Shown: positions 16,557 through 27,060, counted from the stretch's first letter. The stretch is 64,000 nt of DNA from Dehalococcoidia bacterium (GCA_034423015.1 DAOUJG010000053.1:68565-132564), one strand, 5' to 3'. The notes: generated by a model from the letters alone, not told the origin. Made by a program: numbers and translations.

Positions 16557-17708
16557 ATGACGGGAAAGAGATACGACGTCCTGATAGTGGGGGCCGGGCC
16601 CGCGGGCACGACCCTCGCCTACGACCTGGCGCGCCGGGGTGTCAGCACCCTCATCGTCGAGCGGGAGAGGCTGCCCCGTTACAAGACCTGAGGCGGCGGT
16701 GTGAATGAAAGGGCCGTTCGGCTCTTGGATTTCCCGATAGCGCCCGTGGTCCAGAGGACCGTGGACCGGGCGTGGCTCACCTACAGGATGTCCGGTGGCT
16801 TCGTCCGCAGCTTCCATCAGCCCTTTACGTACATGACGATGCGGGAGCGCCTGGACTCCTACCTGGCCCAGCGGGCCGTGTCGGTGGGGGCCGAGGTCAT
16901 GGACGGGGCCCGTGTCGTGGGAGTCGAAGCCGGGGACGGGCCCGTACGCGTTTCCGTGGCCGGGGAGACCATCGAGGGCCGGGTGCTGGTGGGGGCCGAC
17001 GGGGTGAACAGCGTCGTTGCCCACCAGGCGGGACTCCTGAGGGATGCGGAGGTCGGCGTCGGGCTGGAGAGCGAGGTCTACCCTGCCCCCGGCATCCTGG
17101 AGCCCTGGAGGGACACGGCCGGCCTGGATTTCGGGACCCTCCGGGGCGGCTACATGTGGGTGTTCCCCAAGGAGGACCACCTGTCCATCGGCGTGGCGGG
17201 GTTCGCCCGGTGGGGTCCCAGGATGCGGGGCCTCCTGGACGCCTACCTGGGCTTCCTGGGGTTGGAGGGCGCGGAACGCCGACTGACCAGGGGACACCGG
17301 CTGGCGCGACGCAAGAGGGGGATGGCCATCCAGTCTGGCCCTGTCCTGCTGGTGGGAGATGCGGCGGGGCTGATGGACTTCTGGACCGGGGAGGGCATCT
17401 ACTACGCCGTCAAGAGCGCCCAGGCGGCGGCACCGGCCATCGCCGCGTACCTGGAGGGTGCGACCCCGGACTTCGCCGGCTACGAGAAGACCATCGACGC
17501 CGAGCTGATGCCCGAGCTGCAGATAGCCCGGACGCTGACGAGGATCGCCGTGTGGTTCCCCAAGCTCACATACACGTTGATGAAGAGGTCGGACTGGGTG
17601 TGGAACGCCGGGTGCCAGGTGCTGCGGTCCGAGAAGACCTATCAGGACGTAAGGGGTAGGATGGGGCCCCTCACCTTCCTCTTCGACCTGGCCGGTAAGG
17701 GGACGTGA
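16557..17708 (+). CDS. geranylgeranyl-reductase-family FAD flavoprotein with in-frame UGA at the conserved CGG-motif Cys; selenocysteine candidate
   Basis: Track ORFs 16491-16691 and 16701-17708 are in the same frame. The joined product reads MTGKRYDVLIVGAGPAGTTLAYDLARRGVSTLIVERERLPRYKT-TGA(16689-16691)-GGGVNERAV...LLVGDAAGLMDFWTGEGIYYAVKS. The dinucleotide-binding motif and the GD motif are intact. Confidence 0.75.
16709..16726 (+). promoter_or_regulatory. candidate bacterial SECIS hairpin
   Basis: AAGGGCC-GUUC-GGCUCUU forms 7 bp (including one G-U pair) with a GU-containing tetraloop. It starts 17 nt after the UGA. Confidence 0.45.
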
Positions 17709-17735
17709 CGGGACGGCTACCGGAGTGATTAGCCC

Positions 17736-18296
17736 TCACGCGACGACGGCTGATACCTCGACGGTGAGCTCGGGCAAGGCCTGGGGCGAGACCCGGCTTC
17801 CTACCGGCGACACCTGGACGCTGCCGTACCCCCCGGTCACGGGCTCCCGGTATACCTCGACGGCCCCCGAGCCCAGGTCCACCAGCCACACCTCGGGAAT
17901 GGCCGCCGTTCCGTAGGCCGGCACCTTGACCTCCCTATCGTACTCCGCGGAGGCGTCGGAGACCTCCACCAGCAGGAGGATGTCCTCGGGGCCCGGGTGG
18001 GACTCGGAGTAGAAGTCGGCCCTGGCGCGGAGGATGGCCAGGTCGGGCTGGGGCTCGGAGAACTCGCCGAGCCTGACGGGGTTCTGCACAGCAACGATGA
18101 AGCGTCCCCCGGCCTGCCTCGAAAACGCTTGAGTCAGGCGGTTCACACAGGCCGCGTGGCGGCTGCCGATGGGTGCCATCTCCACTATGTCTCCTTCCAG
18201 CAGCTCTACCCGGTCGTCCTCGGCCAGGATTCCAGCGTCGATCATGCGGTCGTAGTCGCCGACGGTGAAGCGGCGTCTGAGAAGCTGGATGGCCAT
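17736..18296 (-). CDS. Uma2-family (DUF820) endonuclease
   Basis: ELLEGDIVEMAPIGSRHA...QPDLAI...LLVEVSD...Y...IPEVWLVD is the typical Uma2 PD-(D/E)xK layout. Confidence 0.85.
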   Translation of the reverse strand: MAIQLLRRRFTVGDYDRMIDAGILAEDDRVELLEGDIVEMAPIGSRHAACVNRLTQAFSRQAGGRFIVAVQNPVRLGEFSEPQPDLAILRARADFYSESHPGPEDILLLVEVSDASAEYDREVKVPAYGTAAIPEVWLVDLGSGAVEVYREPVTGGYGSVQVSPVGSRVSPQALPELTVEVSAVVA

Positions 18297-18398
18297 GACT
18301 CCTCCTTCTGGAAGCTCCGGTCTGGAAACTCTTGCTGCCGAGTATACGTTGGTCGGCGCGCCTGGGGAAGAGAATGGGCCGAGGCTTGGGGTCCCGGC

Positions 18399-19166
18399 TC
18401 AGGCGCGGTCCAGCAGCCGGGTGAGGTTGGCGGTGGTGGCCTGGGCCACCTCTTCGACGGTGATGCCCTTCAGCTCGGCCAGCTTCTCGGCCACGTCCCG
18501 TACGTGGCGAGGCTCGGTCCAGTTGTGCCGGTACTTCTTGAAAGGCTGGGGCGCTGCGTCGGTCTCCAGCACGATGCTCTCCAGGGGGATGTCCCTCGCC
18601 ACCTCCTGGAGGTCGGGCAGCCTGAGCAGCGGCCGGGCCAGGGAGATATGGAACCCGGAATCGATGGCCTCCCGCGCCGTCGCGGTGTCGGCCTGAAAGT
18701 AGTGCATCACGGCGCCGACTTCGTGGGCCCGCTCCTCCCGAAGGGTGCGGAGCACCTCGGGATGGGACTCCCGGGAGTGGAAGATGATGGGCAGATTCAG
18801 CTCCCGGGCCAGCCGTATCTGGGCCCGGAACACCTGGTCCTGTACGTCCCTGGGGGGAGACCCAGGTAGGAAGTCCAGCCCTATCTCGCTAATGCACACC
18901 ACGCGGGGGTTGCCCGCCGCCATTCCTCGCAGGGCGGAGTAGGTCTCGTCGTCGACGGGCTTCCTGGCCTCCATGGGGTGTATGCCCACGCCGGCGACGA
19001 AGGCGTCGTAGCTGCGGGCCAGCTCCACGCACGCCCTGGAGGACTCCACCGTGGTGCCCGCGCACACGATGAGGCCGACCTCGGCATCCCGGGCCCGGTC
19101 CAGGATCCCGGGGAGCTCCGTCGATGCGTATTCGTCCAGGTGGGTGTGAGAATCGTTCAGTATCAT
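18399..19166 (-). CDS. TatD-family metal-dependent hydrolase
   Basis: DSHTHLD at the N-terminus, GIHP, EIGLD, IIFHSRE and LETDAP motifs. Confidence 0.9.
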   Translation of the reverse strand: MILNDSHTHLDEYASTELPGILDRARDAEVGLIVCAGTTVESSRACVELARSYDAFVAGVGIHPMEARKPVDDETYSALRGMAAGNPRVVCISEIGLDFLPGSPPRDVQDQVFRAQIRLARELNLPIIFHSRESHPEVLRTLREERAHEVGAVMHYFQADTATAREAIDSGFHISLARPLLRLPDLQEVARDIPLESIVLETDAAPQPFKKYRHNWTEPRHVRDVAEKLAELKGITVEEVAQATTANLTRLLDRA

Positions 19167-19243
19167 GGGCGCCGCCTCTATGCGTATATATTGACTTTAC
19201 TCTATACTATGTTTGGAATGATGGACAAGGGAACGGGCGGCAG

Positions 19244-20275
19244 GTGCTGAGGGCCCTTCCGAATACGGCGAGACGGGGGCTCAAGGACGCCCGTGTACGG
19301 GCCGCTCTGGGAGTCGCCGTCGGCTTGACCCTTGGTTGGCTCGCCGTGCGCGGAGTCGACTGGGGACTCGTGGCGGACGAGTTCAACAGCTTCCCCGTCA
19401 AGTGGGCGGCGGCGTCCCTGGCGGTGATGATGCTGTCCGCGGTGGTCCGCGCCTACCGCTGGCAGAGACTGTTCCTGGAAGAGAAGCCCCACCTGCCGCG
19501 GATGTTCCTGGTGCAGAACACGGGAATAGGGCTCAACAGCCTGGTCCCCCTGCGCGTCGCAGGAGAGGGAGCCCAGTTCGCCCTCCTGACCCTGCGGTAC
19601 GGCGTGAGGAGAGGGGTGGCGCTGGGCACCATGGGCGTGGAGCGGGTGCTGGACCTCGTGGTGACGGCCTCGCTGCTGATGGCCGGGCTGACCCTGATCC
19701 CCGATAAGGGCGACGTGCTCCCCTATGTGGTGGGGGCCTTCGTGGTTGCCGTGGCGTCGGTAATAGCCATCCCGTTCCTCGTCTATCTCAGCACCAAGCC
19801 TTTCTTGAGACGCATACCGCTGATCGTGTCGATGGCGGGGTACCTCACCGACTTGGGAAGGGCCAAGTTCGCCATTACCTCGGCGCTCTTCCTGACCCTG
19901 GGATACTGGCTCCTCGTGGGGGCGTGCGGATGGCTGTTGGCCGTGGGGATGGGCCTCGATATCTCCGCTTTCGTAGCGACCCTCGCCATTCTCGGGGCCA
20001 TCTACTTTACGACCTCGTTGCCGGGGCTGCCGGCCTCGTTGGGTACCTTCGAGTTCGCCATGGTATACGTTCTCAAGCTGTTTGGCGTGGGCCAGGCGGC
20101 GGCGTTCAGCTACGCCGTCGGCCTCCACGCCATTCTGTTCCTGCCGCCGATACTCATCGCCGTGTCTATGCTCCTTACTCTGGGATTGAAGAGCCTGGCC
20201 TCGGGCTCGGGCGCACAGATGCAGCGGTCCGAGCCGGCGACGGCCGTAAAAGACACGGGAAGGATTGGCGTGTGA
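19244..20275 (+). CDS. flippase-like / LPG-synthase-TM (UPF0104) membrane protein
   Basis: Polytopic and hydrophobic, with the VRAYRWQRLF motif. The start is uncertain; GTG 19244 was chosen and the track ORF begins at 19124. Confidence 0.65.
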   Translation: MLRALPNTARRGLKDARVRAALGVAVGLTLGWLAVRGVDWGLVADEFNSFPVKWAAASLAVMMLSAVVRAYRWQRLFLEEKPHLPRMFLVQNTGIGLNSLVPLRVAGEGAQFALLTLRYGVRRGVALGTMGVERVLDLVVTASLLMAGLTLIPDKGDVLPYVVGAFVVAVASVIAIPFLVYLSTKPFLRRIPLIVSMAGYLTDLGRAKFAITSALFLTLGYWLLVGACGWLLAVGMGLDISAFVATLAILGAIYFTTSLPGLPASLGTFEFAMVYVLKLFGVGQAAAFSYAVGLHAILFLPPILIAVSMLLTLGLKSLASGSGAQMQRSEPATAVKDTGRIGV

Positions 20276-22071
20276 AGCCTTACTCTCGTCTCGTCCTGAT
20301 AGCCGGATTCTTGTTGGTCATGACACTGACCGCCTGCGCATCCTCGACCCCCACCCCTGTGCCGACGCCCATCCCCACCCTGGCTCCCCCCCCCAGCGCT
20401 ACGCCGGCGCCCGCTCCCACGGCCGCGCCGGTCCCCACCGCTACGCCCGAGCCGACCCCGACGTCGGTCCCGCCGACGCCCGCCCCCACGCCGACGCCAA
20501 CCAGCACGCCCGTGCCCACGGCCACACCGACGCCGGTGGTATCCGCGCCTCCCATCGGGCTGCACGGCGGCAGGTTCACGACCCTGGCGCCGGCCAACGT
20601 ACCCAACCTGGACGTACACCAGGAGGTCCAGGAGACCCTATCCTCGTTGGGGCCGGGCATCGCGTACAGCCGCTTGCTGCGCCTGCGGACGGGGCCCGAG
20701 GATGAGGTGCCCCAGCCGAGCCTGCGCCTGGAGTGCGACTTGTGTCGGAGCTGGCGGATGGTCGACCCGTTTACCTACGTCTTCCAGCTACGGGAGCGGG
20801 TCCTGTGGCAGAACAGGGCCCCGGTCTTCGGGCGCGGCCTGACCGCCGAGGACATCGTCTACAGCTACGAGAGACAGCGGACGCCGGGATGGGCCAACGC
20901 CGCCCTGTTGCAGGACGCGGACGTCATCGAGACGGAAGGCCCGGGCGCGGTGAAGCTGACCCTGAAGCCCGGTTTCGCCAACGCGGACTTCCTGGTGGCC
21001 CTGGCCGACGGGCATAGCAAGATCGTGGCCAGGGAGGTGGTGGAGAGGTGGGACGGACTCGAGCACGCCCCGGTCATAGGTACGGGCCCGTGGCGATGGC
21101 AGAGCACCGAGGAGGACGTGGGCAGCGTCTTCATCAAGAACTCCGACTACTTCGAGGGGGGGCTGCCCTTCCTGGACGAGCTGGTGATAAGGATCATCCG
21201 GGGGGATGACAAGACCCAGCTGGCCGTTTTCCTTACCGGCGGCGTGGACGTCTACCGCATCTCCCCCTCGGGCTGGCGGCAGCTATCCGAGACTCCCGGC
21301 GCCATGGTCCAGAGCCATCTGTCGAGGCAGGGAGGGTCGGGAGTAGCGTTGACCATGAACGTGTCCAGGCCGCCTTTCGACGACGTCCGGGTGCGCCGGT
21401 CGGTGTTCCGGGCCATGGACCCCTGGAACTACGTGCGGACCATCTGGGGCGGCCAGGGGTTCCCCAGCCTGGGCATGCCCGTGCATGAGCCCGGCTGGAA
21501 CCTGTCGATGGAGGAGATGCGGGGTCCCTACTTCGCCAACCCCACCGCCGCCAGCAACGACCTGCAAGCCTCGGGAGCGGAGCTTCCACTGCGGTTCGAG
21601 CTTGCCGTGGCCGATTTTGGCGACGTTCACCGAGAGATGGGGACCCAAATAGAGGAGGACCTGAGGTCGGTGGGGTTCGACCCATTCATGGTGCCGGTCA
21701 GCGCGTCCCAGTACCAGGACAAGGTGTGGCGGGACAGGGACTACGCCATGGCTCTGGGGGAGCTGCCGCCGACCTCGACGCCCAATGACTTCCTCTTCGG
21801 CGTACTCCACGGCGGCACGGGAAGCGTTGTGGGACACTCGGACGCCGAGCTGGACGCCCTCATCTTGAGTCAGTCGGTGGAGGCGGACCCTGCGGCGAGA
21901 CGAGACCTGGTCAGGGAGCTGCAGCAGCGAGTGCTGCAGCAGGCCTACATGGTCACGCCGGTAACCACCGGAGTCAGGTGGGTGTTCCATCCGCACGTGA
22001 AGGGCTTCTTCCCCAACCCTTCGGCCTCGGAGTACTTCTACTGGGCCAAAGCGTGGCGTGAGGAGGGCTAG
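20272..22071 (+). CDS. ABC transporter substrate-binding lipoprotein (family 5, peptide/nickel type)
   Basis: GTG 20272 overlaps the previous stop. It has a signal peptide with lipobox LTAC, a 75-aa Pro/Thr/Ala linker, and then an SBP_bac_5-like body. Confidence 0.85.
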   Translation: MKPYSRLVLIAGFLLVMTLTACASSTPTPVPTPIPTLAPPPSATPAPAPTAAPVPTATPEPTPTSVPPTPAPTPTPTSTPVPTATPTPVVSAPPIGLHGGRFTTLAPANVPNLDVHQEVQETLSSLGPGIAYSRLLRLRTGPEDEVPQPSLRLECDLCRSWRMVDPFTYVFQLRERVLWQNRAPVFGRGLTAEDIVYSYERQRTPGWANAALLQDADVIETEGPGAVKLTLKPGFANADFLVALADGHSKIVAREVVERWDGLEHAPVIGTGPWRWQSTEEDVGSVFIKNSDYFEGGLPFLDELVIRIIRGDDKTQLAVFLTGGVDVYRISPSGWRQLSETPGAMVQSHLSRQGGSGVALTMNVSRPPFDDVRVRRSVFRAMDPWNYVRTIWGGQGFPSLGMPVHEPGWNLSMEEMRGPYFANPTAASNDLQASGAELPLRFELAVADFGDVHREMGTQIEEDLRSVGFDPFMVPVSASQYQDKVWRDRDYAMALGELPPTSTPNDFLFGVLHGGTGSVVGHSDAELDALILSQSVEADPAARRDLVRELQQRVLQQAYMVTPVTTGVRWVFHPHVKGFFPNPSASEYFYWAKAWREEG

Positions 22072-22532
22072 GCCGCCGGCCGGGCCCGGTACTCCTCTAT
22101 ACCCTGCTCCAAGGCGCTCCACCCCAGGAGGGCGCACTTGATGCGCACGGGGAACGCCCGCACCGCTTGAAGGGCTTCCAAATCGCCCAGGCCGCCTGAA
22201 GGAGAGTCCGAGGGGGCGTCACCGGTCAGGCTTAGTCGGAACCTGTCTGCCAGGTCCTCGGCCTCCTGCAGCGTCAGTCCCTCCAGGGCGTCGGTCATCA
22301 TCGACGCGGAGGCCTGGGTTATGGAGCAGCCTTCGCCTTTGAACCCGGCTTCGACGATCCGGCCCTGGACCACCCTCAGCCGTAGGACGACCCGGTCGCC
22401 GCAGATGGGGTTGTACTCGTCGTACTCCACGTCGGGGTCATCGACCTCGGGGCGGCTTCGCGAGGCCCGGTAGTGCCGTAGTATGACGTCGCGATAGAGG
22501 TCGTCGATCTGGTCGAAGGGGAATTTCTGCAC
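22068..22532 (-). CDS. SufU/IscU-like Fe-S scaffold, paralog 1
   Basis: NPICGDRV, GEGCSITQASASMMT and RIKCALL Cys ligand motifs. Confidence 0.85.
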   Translation of the reverse strand: MQKFPFDQIDDLYRDVILRHYRASRSRPEVDDPDVEYDEYNPICGDRVVLRLRVVQGRIVEAGFKGEGCSITQASASMMTDALEGLTLQEAEDLADRFRLSLTGDAPSDSPSGGLGDLEALQAVRAFPVRIKCALLGWSALEQGIEEYRARPAA

Positions 22533-22563
22533 GATCGCATCTAGGCGCCAGACTGTTCACTCA

Positions 22564-22845
22564 CTACGTTGCCATGGTTGGCACTCGCAGTGTTACGAAG
22601 GCCAACATCTCCCCGGGCCTCAATTCCACATCCTCTGCGGCGCTGGGCGCGGGAATGGGTTGGCCATGTTCCCGCAATACATCCAGGAACTCAGGGAGCA
22701 TGTCCTCGGCGTCGGCCAGAGCCTCGTCTACGGTAGCTCCCATGGCGTAGGCGCCGCGCAAATCGGGGATGACGACGCCATAGGCGCCCCGCTCCCCATC
22801 TATCACTGCTGGGTATTTGGTCAGCTTCTCAGTCATTGTTCCCAT
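22564..22845 (-). CDS. hicB: HicB-family antitoxin
   Basis: 93 aa with the UPF0150/HicB N-terminal fold pattern (YPAVIDGERGAYGVVIPDLRGAYAMGATVDEAL). It overlaps hicA by 13 nt. Confidence 0.8.
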   Translation of the reverse strand: MGTMTEKLTKYPAVIDGERGAYGVVIPDLRGAYAMGATVDEALADAEDMLPEFLDVLREHGQPIPAPSAAEDVELRPGEMLAFVTLRVPTMAT

Positions 22846-23018
22846 CCTGCCTGCGTAGTGATCTGTTGGGCTACGCCCATGGAGACTGTCCTGTGGCGGG
22901 GCAGTCGGATCGTCTCGGAGGACTCAGGGTGTTTGTAGATGTCGTGCTTGCCGCGGCGGACCAAGTACCATCCTTCTCTCTCCAGCCGACGCCTGATTGC
23001 TCGGGTGTTCGTCTCCAT
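22833..23018 (-). CDS. hicA: HicA-family mRNA interferase toxin
   Basis: 61 aa. LEREGWYLVRRGKHDIYKHP...IRLPRH is typical of HicA. Confidence 0.85.
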   Translation of the reverse strand: METNTRAIRRRLEREGWYLVRRGKHDIYKHPESSETIRLPRHRTVSMGVAQQITTQAGWEQ

Positions 23019-23026
23019 GCATCAAT

Positions 23027-23042
23027 CCTATCAAGTGATAGG
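23027..23042. promoter_or_regulatory. perfect palindrome upstream of hicA (candidate HicB operator)
   Basis: CCTATCA-AG-TGATAGG lies 9-24 nt upstream of the hicA ATG and overlaps the AGGA SD. Confidence 0.4.
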
Positions 23043-23119
23043 AATTGCGGACAATAGGAGAGGCCATTTTGTGACACCCTCATCCCAGCATGCCCGCCCT
23101 TGGAGCCCCCGTACGAGCC

Positions 23120-23572
23120 CTACTCGGTGGTGACGGAGTCCGCGTCGCCCTCCAGGGCCACGCGGAGGGTGTGCCAGGAGAGGACGGCGCACTTGACCCT
23201 GGCGGGGTATTCGTTCACGCCGGAGAGGGCCTCGAGGTCGCCCACCTCGTCGGGATCGAACTCCGCGCCGGGAGGACGGACGAGCATCTTCTGGAAGGAG
23301 TCGAACAGGTCCACTGCGTGGCCCTTGGGCCGCCCCTTCACCGCCTCGGTCATCATCGAGGCCGAAGCCTTGGAGATGGCGCAACCGGAGCCCTCGAAGC
23401 CGATGTCGCTGATAAGGTCGCCGTCCACGTGCACGTGCAGGGTGTAGCGGTCTCCACAAAGAGGGTTGTACCCCTCCACGGAGCGGGTCGCGCCCTGAGG
23501 CTTGCGGAAGTTCCGGGGCCGCGAGTTGTGGTCTATGACGATGTCCTGGTACAGGTCCTGAAGGCTCGACAC
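23120..23572 (-). CDS. sufU: SufU Fe-S scaffold / sulfur acceptor, paralog 2
   Basis: GTG 23570-23572 overlaps the sufS stop by 1 nt. NPLCGDRY, GSGCAISKASASMMT and RVKCAVL motifs. Confidence 0.85.
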   Translation of the reverse strand: MSSLQDLYQDIVIDHNSRPRNFRKPQGATRSVEGYNPLCGDRYTLHVHVDGDLISDIGFEGSGCAISKASASMMTEAVKGRPKGHAVDLFDSFQKMLVRPPGAEFDPDEVGDLEALSGVNEYPARVKCAVLSWHTLRVALEGDADSVTTE

Positions 23573-24807
23573 TAGCTGAACACCTCCAGGACCTTGTCGA
23601 TCCCCTTCACCAGGGCATCGATCTCCTCCCGGGTGTTGTAGAAGGCCAGGGATGCCCTGGCGGTGGCCGGGATGCCGAACCTGTCCATCACCGGCTGCGT
23701 GCAGTGGTGCCCTGTGCGGACGGCGATGCCCTCGGAGTCCAGGATGGTGCCGATGTCGTGGGGGTGCACTCCGTCCAGGACGAAGGAGAGGATGCCCGCC
23801 TTCTTTCGGGCGGTGCCCACGAGCCTCAGCCCGCTGATGGACGACAGGGCCCTGGTGCCGTAGTCCAGCAGCTCGTGTTCGTAGGCTTCGATGTTCTCCA
23901 AGCCGACGGAGGTGACGTAGTCCACCGCGGCGCCCAGGCCGATGGTGCCCGCGATGTTGGGCGTGCCCGCCTCGAACCTGTACGGCAGGTCGTTGTACAG
24001 GGTCTTTTCGAAGGTCACGGACTTGATCATGTCTCCGCCTCCCTGGTAGGGAGGCATCGACTCCAGCAGGTCCGCCTTGCCGTAGAGGACCCCGATGCCC
24101 GTCGGGCCGTACAGCTTGTGGCCGGAGAAAACGAAGAAGTCGCAGTCCAGGTCCCGCACGTCGACGTTCACGTGGGGCGCGGATTGGGCCCCGTCCAACA
24201 GGACCGGCACGCCCCGGCTGTGGGCCATCTCGATGATCCGGCGCACGGGGTTTATGGTGCCCAGAGAGTTGGAAACGTGGACGATGGACACTAGCTTGGT
24301 GCGCGGGCCGAGCAGGCGTTCGTACTCGTCGACCAGCAGGTCGCCGTCGTCGTTCATCGGCACGACCCGCAGTTGGGCGCCCCGCTCCTGGCAGAGTATC
24401 TGCCACGGGACGATATTGGAGTGGTGCTCCATGGCCGAGATGATGACCTCGTCGCCCTGGCCGACGTTGGCCCTCCCGTAGCTGCCGGCCACCAGGTTGA
24501 TGCCCTCGGTGGTGCCCCGCACGAAGATGATCTCCCGGTCGTCGGAGGCGTTGAGGAGGCCACGTACCTTGGAGCGGGCATCCTCGTAGTCGGCCGTCGC
24601 CTGCTCGCTCAGGTAGTGGATGCCCCGGTGGACGTTGGAGTTTTCGGTGGTGTAGTAGCGGCTCAGAGTATCCAGCACGCTCTGGGGCTTCTGGCTGGTG
24701 GCTGCGTTGTCCAGGTACACCAGGGGCTTGCCGTGGACCTGTTGGGCCAGGATGGGGAAGTCCCGCCTGACGCGGGACACGTCGAAGCCGGGCCCGGTGG
24801 AGGTCAT
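23572..24807 (-). CDS. sufS: cysteine desulfurase
   Basis: ATG 24805-24807 begins [20 protein letters not shown]...[11 protein letters not shown]. The PLP lysine region is [16 protein letters not shown] and the active-site Cys is in RTGHHCTQP. Confidence 0.95.
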   Translation of the reverse strand: MTSTGPGFDVSRVRRDFPILAQQVHGKPLVYLDNAATSQKPQSVLDTLSRYYTTENSNVHRGIHYLSEQATADYEDARSKVRGLLNASDDREIIFVRGTTEGINLVAGSYGRANVGQGDEVIISAMEHHSNIVPWQILCQERGAQLRVVPMNDDGDLLVDEYERLLGPRTKLVSIVHVSNSLGTINPVRRIIEMAHSRGVPVLLDGAQSAPHVNVDVRDLDCDFFVFSGHKLYGPTGIGVLYGKADLLESMPPYQGGGDMIKSVTFEKTLYNDLPYRFEAGTPNIAGTIGLGAAVDYVTSVGLENIEAYEHELLDYGTRALSSISGLRLVGTARKKAGILSFVLDGVHPHDIGTILDSEGIAVRTGHHCTQPVMDRFGIPATARASLAFYNTREEIDALVKGIDKVLEVFS

Positions 24808-26219
24808 CGCCCGCCCCCTATCTGCGACCCGGAAATGACATCCAGGAACGCCCCCTCTAGAAACTCCCGGAGGGGACCGAGGCGGACCTGGTCGATGATC
24901 TCGCCGGCGAAGCCTCGGACCAGCAGCGCGCTGGCGGTCTTCCGGTCCAGGCCCCTGCTCATCATGTAGAAGAGGGTATCCTGGTCGATGTGCCCGGCGG
25001 TGGCCCCGTGCCCGCACTTCACGTCGTCGGCGTATATGAGCAGGCTGGGCTTGCTGTTCACCTCGGCGTCGTCGGACAGCAGCAGGTTCTTGTCCGACTG
25101 CTGGGCGTCGACTTTCTGGGCGTCCTTGCGCACCAGCACCGTCCCTCCGAACACGGCCCTGGAGCTGCCGTCCAGGATGCCCTTGTAGTACAGCTTGCTG
25201 GTGGTGTGAGGACTGGCGTGGTCGATGTTGATGAAGTTGTCTATGTGCTCCTTGCCAGAGGTGACGTAGAGGCCGTTGAGGGAGCAGTAGGCGCCGGGGG
25301 CGTCGAGAGTGACCATCAGGTCGTGCCTGGCCAGCGCCGCTCCCCGGGCGACGGACGCGGAGGTGAAAGAGCTGTCCCTGGACTGGTGGACCCGGGTGGC
25401 GCCCACGTGAAAGGCTCCTGCGGCGTTGAGGAGGAGCCGGTAGTGGTCGACCTTGGCGCCGTCCTCCAGCACGATCTCGGTGACAGCGTTGGTCAGGTCG
25501 CGGCCCGGCGACAAGCTGAGGTACGTCTCGACGATGGCGGTCTCGCTGTTCCGTCCGGCGACGATCAGGTTCCTGGGGTGGGACGCGGTCGGCGAGCCGT
25601 TGCCGGAGCTCAGGTGCAGCAGGTGTATGGGCTTGGCGAGGCGTGCCTCCCGCTCCACCGAGAGTACGCCCCCGTCGTCGATGAAGGCGGTGTTCAGGGC
25701 GGTAAAGCCGTCGTCCTCGACCACGGCGTACCGTCCCAGGTGCTCCTCGGCCACCGCCCCGTCGTGTTCCAGGCAACTCGCCAAGCTGGAGATGCGGACA
25801 CCCTCCAGCCCTGGGGACGGGGTGGACAGGGACGGCGAGTAGCGACCGTCCAGGAAGGCCAAGGTAACCCAGCCATCGTCCGTGGGTATCCTGCCGGCGA
25901 GTGCGGCTGGGTCGACCGCTCCAGGGGCGCCGGCCGTCGGATGCCCTTGGGCCGTCGGATGCCCTTGGGCCGGCGGATGCCCTTGGGCCGGCGGATGCCC
26001 TTGGACCGTCGGATGACTGAAGGCGACGGCCGCTATGGGGGCTACATTGGTGTATTTCCACCGCTCGTTGCCCCGGCGAGCCGTGGGGAACCCCAGCTCG
26101 GTGAACCGGGCGAAGGCGTGGGCCCGCGCCCTGGAGAGCCACTCGGGCTCACGGCCCTCCCTGGCCTCCTGCAAGGCGCGGAACTCAGAGACGTATCGGT
26201 CGTCCTGGACCTGGGTCAT
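24804..26219 (-). CDS. sufD: Fe-S cluster assembly protein SufD
   Basis: ATG 26217-26219. The SufD beta-helix core and C-terminal ...YYKGILDG...[26 protein letters not shown] are present. There is a 4-nt overlap with the sufS start. Confidence 0.9.
   Translation of the reverse strand: MTQVQDDRYVSEFRALQEAREGREPEWLSRARAHAFARFTELGFPTARRGNERWKYTNVAPIAAVAFSHPTVQGHPPAQGHPPAQGHPTAQGHPTAGAPGAVDPAALAGRIPTDDGWVTLAFLDGRYSPSLSTPSPGLEGVRISSLASCLEHDGAVAEEHLGRYAVVEDDGFTALNTAFIDDGGVLSVEREARLAKPIHLLHLSSGNGSPTASHPRNLIVAGRNSETAIVETYLSLSPGRDLTNAVTEIVLEDGAKVDHYRLLLNAAGAFHVGATRVHQSRDSSFTSASVARGAALARHDLMVTLDAPGAYCSLNGLYVTSGKEHIDNFINIDHASPHTTSKLYYKGILDGSSRAVFGGTVLVRKDAQKVDAQQSDKNLLLSDDAEVNSKPSLLIYADDVKCGHGATAGHIDQDTLFYMMSRGLDRKTASALLVRGFAGEIIDQVRLGPLREFLEGAFLDVISGSQIGGGR
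25932..26017 (-). repeat. in-frame 18-bp tandem repeat (about 4.5 copies) inside sufD
   Basis: The plus-strand unit CGGATGCCCTTGGGCCG(T/G) repeats at 25938, 25956, 25974 and 25992, with a partial fifth copy. It encodes [29 protein letters not shown]. Confidence 0.85.
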
Positions 26220-26235
26220 GTCTTCGTCGCCGCCC

Positions 26236-27006
<771 letters not shown>

Positions 27007-27060
27007 GACGTTACCTCTGGCCGTCCTTCCCCTCACGGGAGGGGCTGGGGCGACGGGACC

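Noticed and set aside
20335-20560. Periodic-looking CCNACN-rich DNA, which might be mistaken for a repeat array or CRISPR-like structure. The same applies to 32383-32494.
   Set aside because: It is in frame within lipoprotein genes and encodes Pro/Thr/Ala linkers. There is no repeat-spacer architecture and no cas genes.
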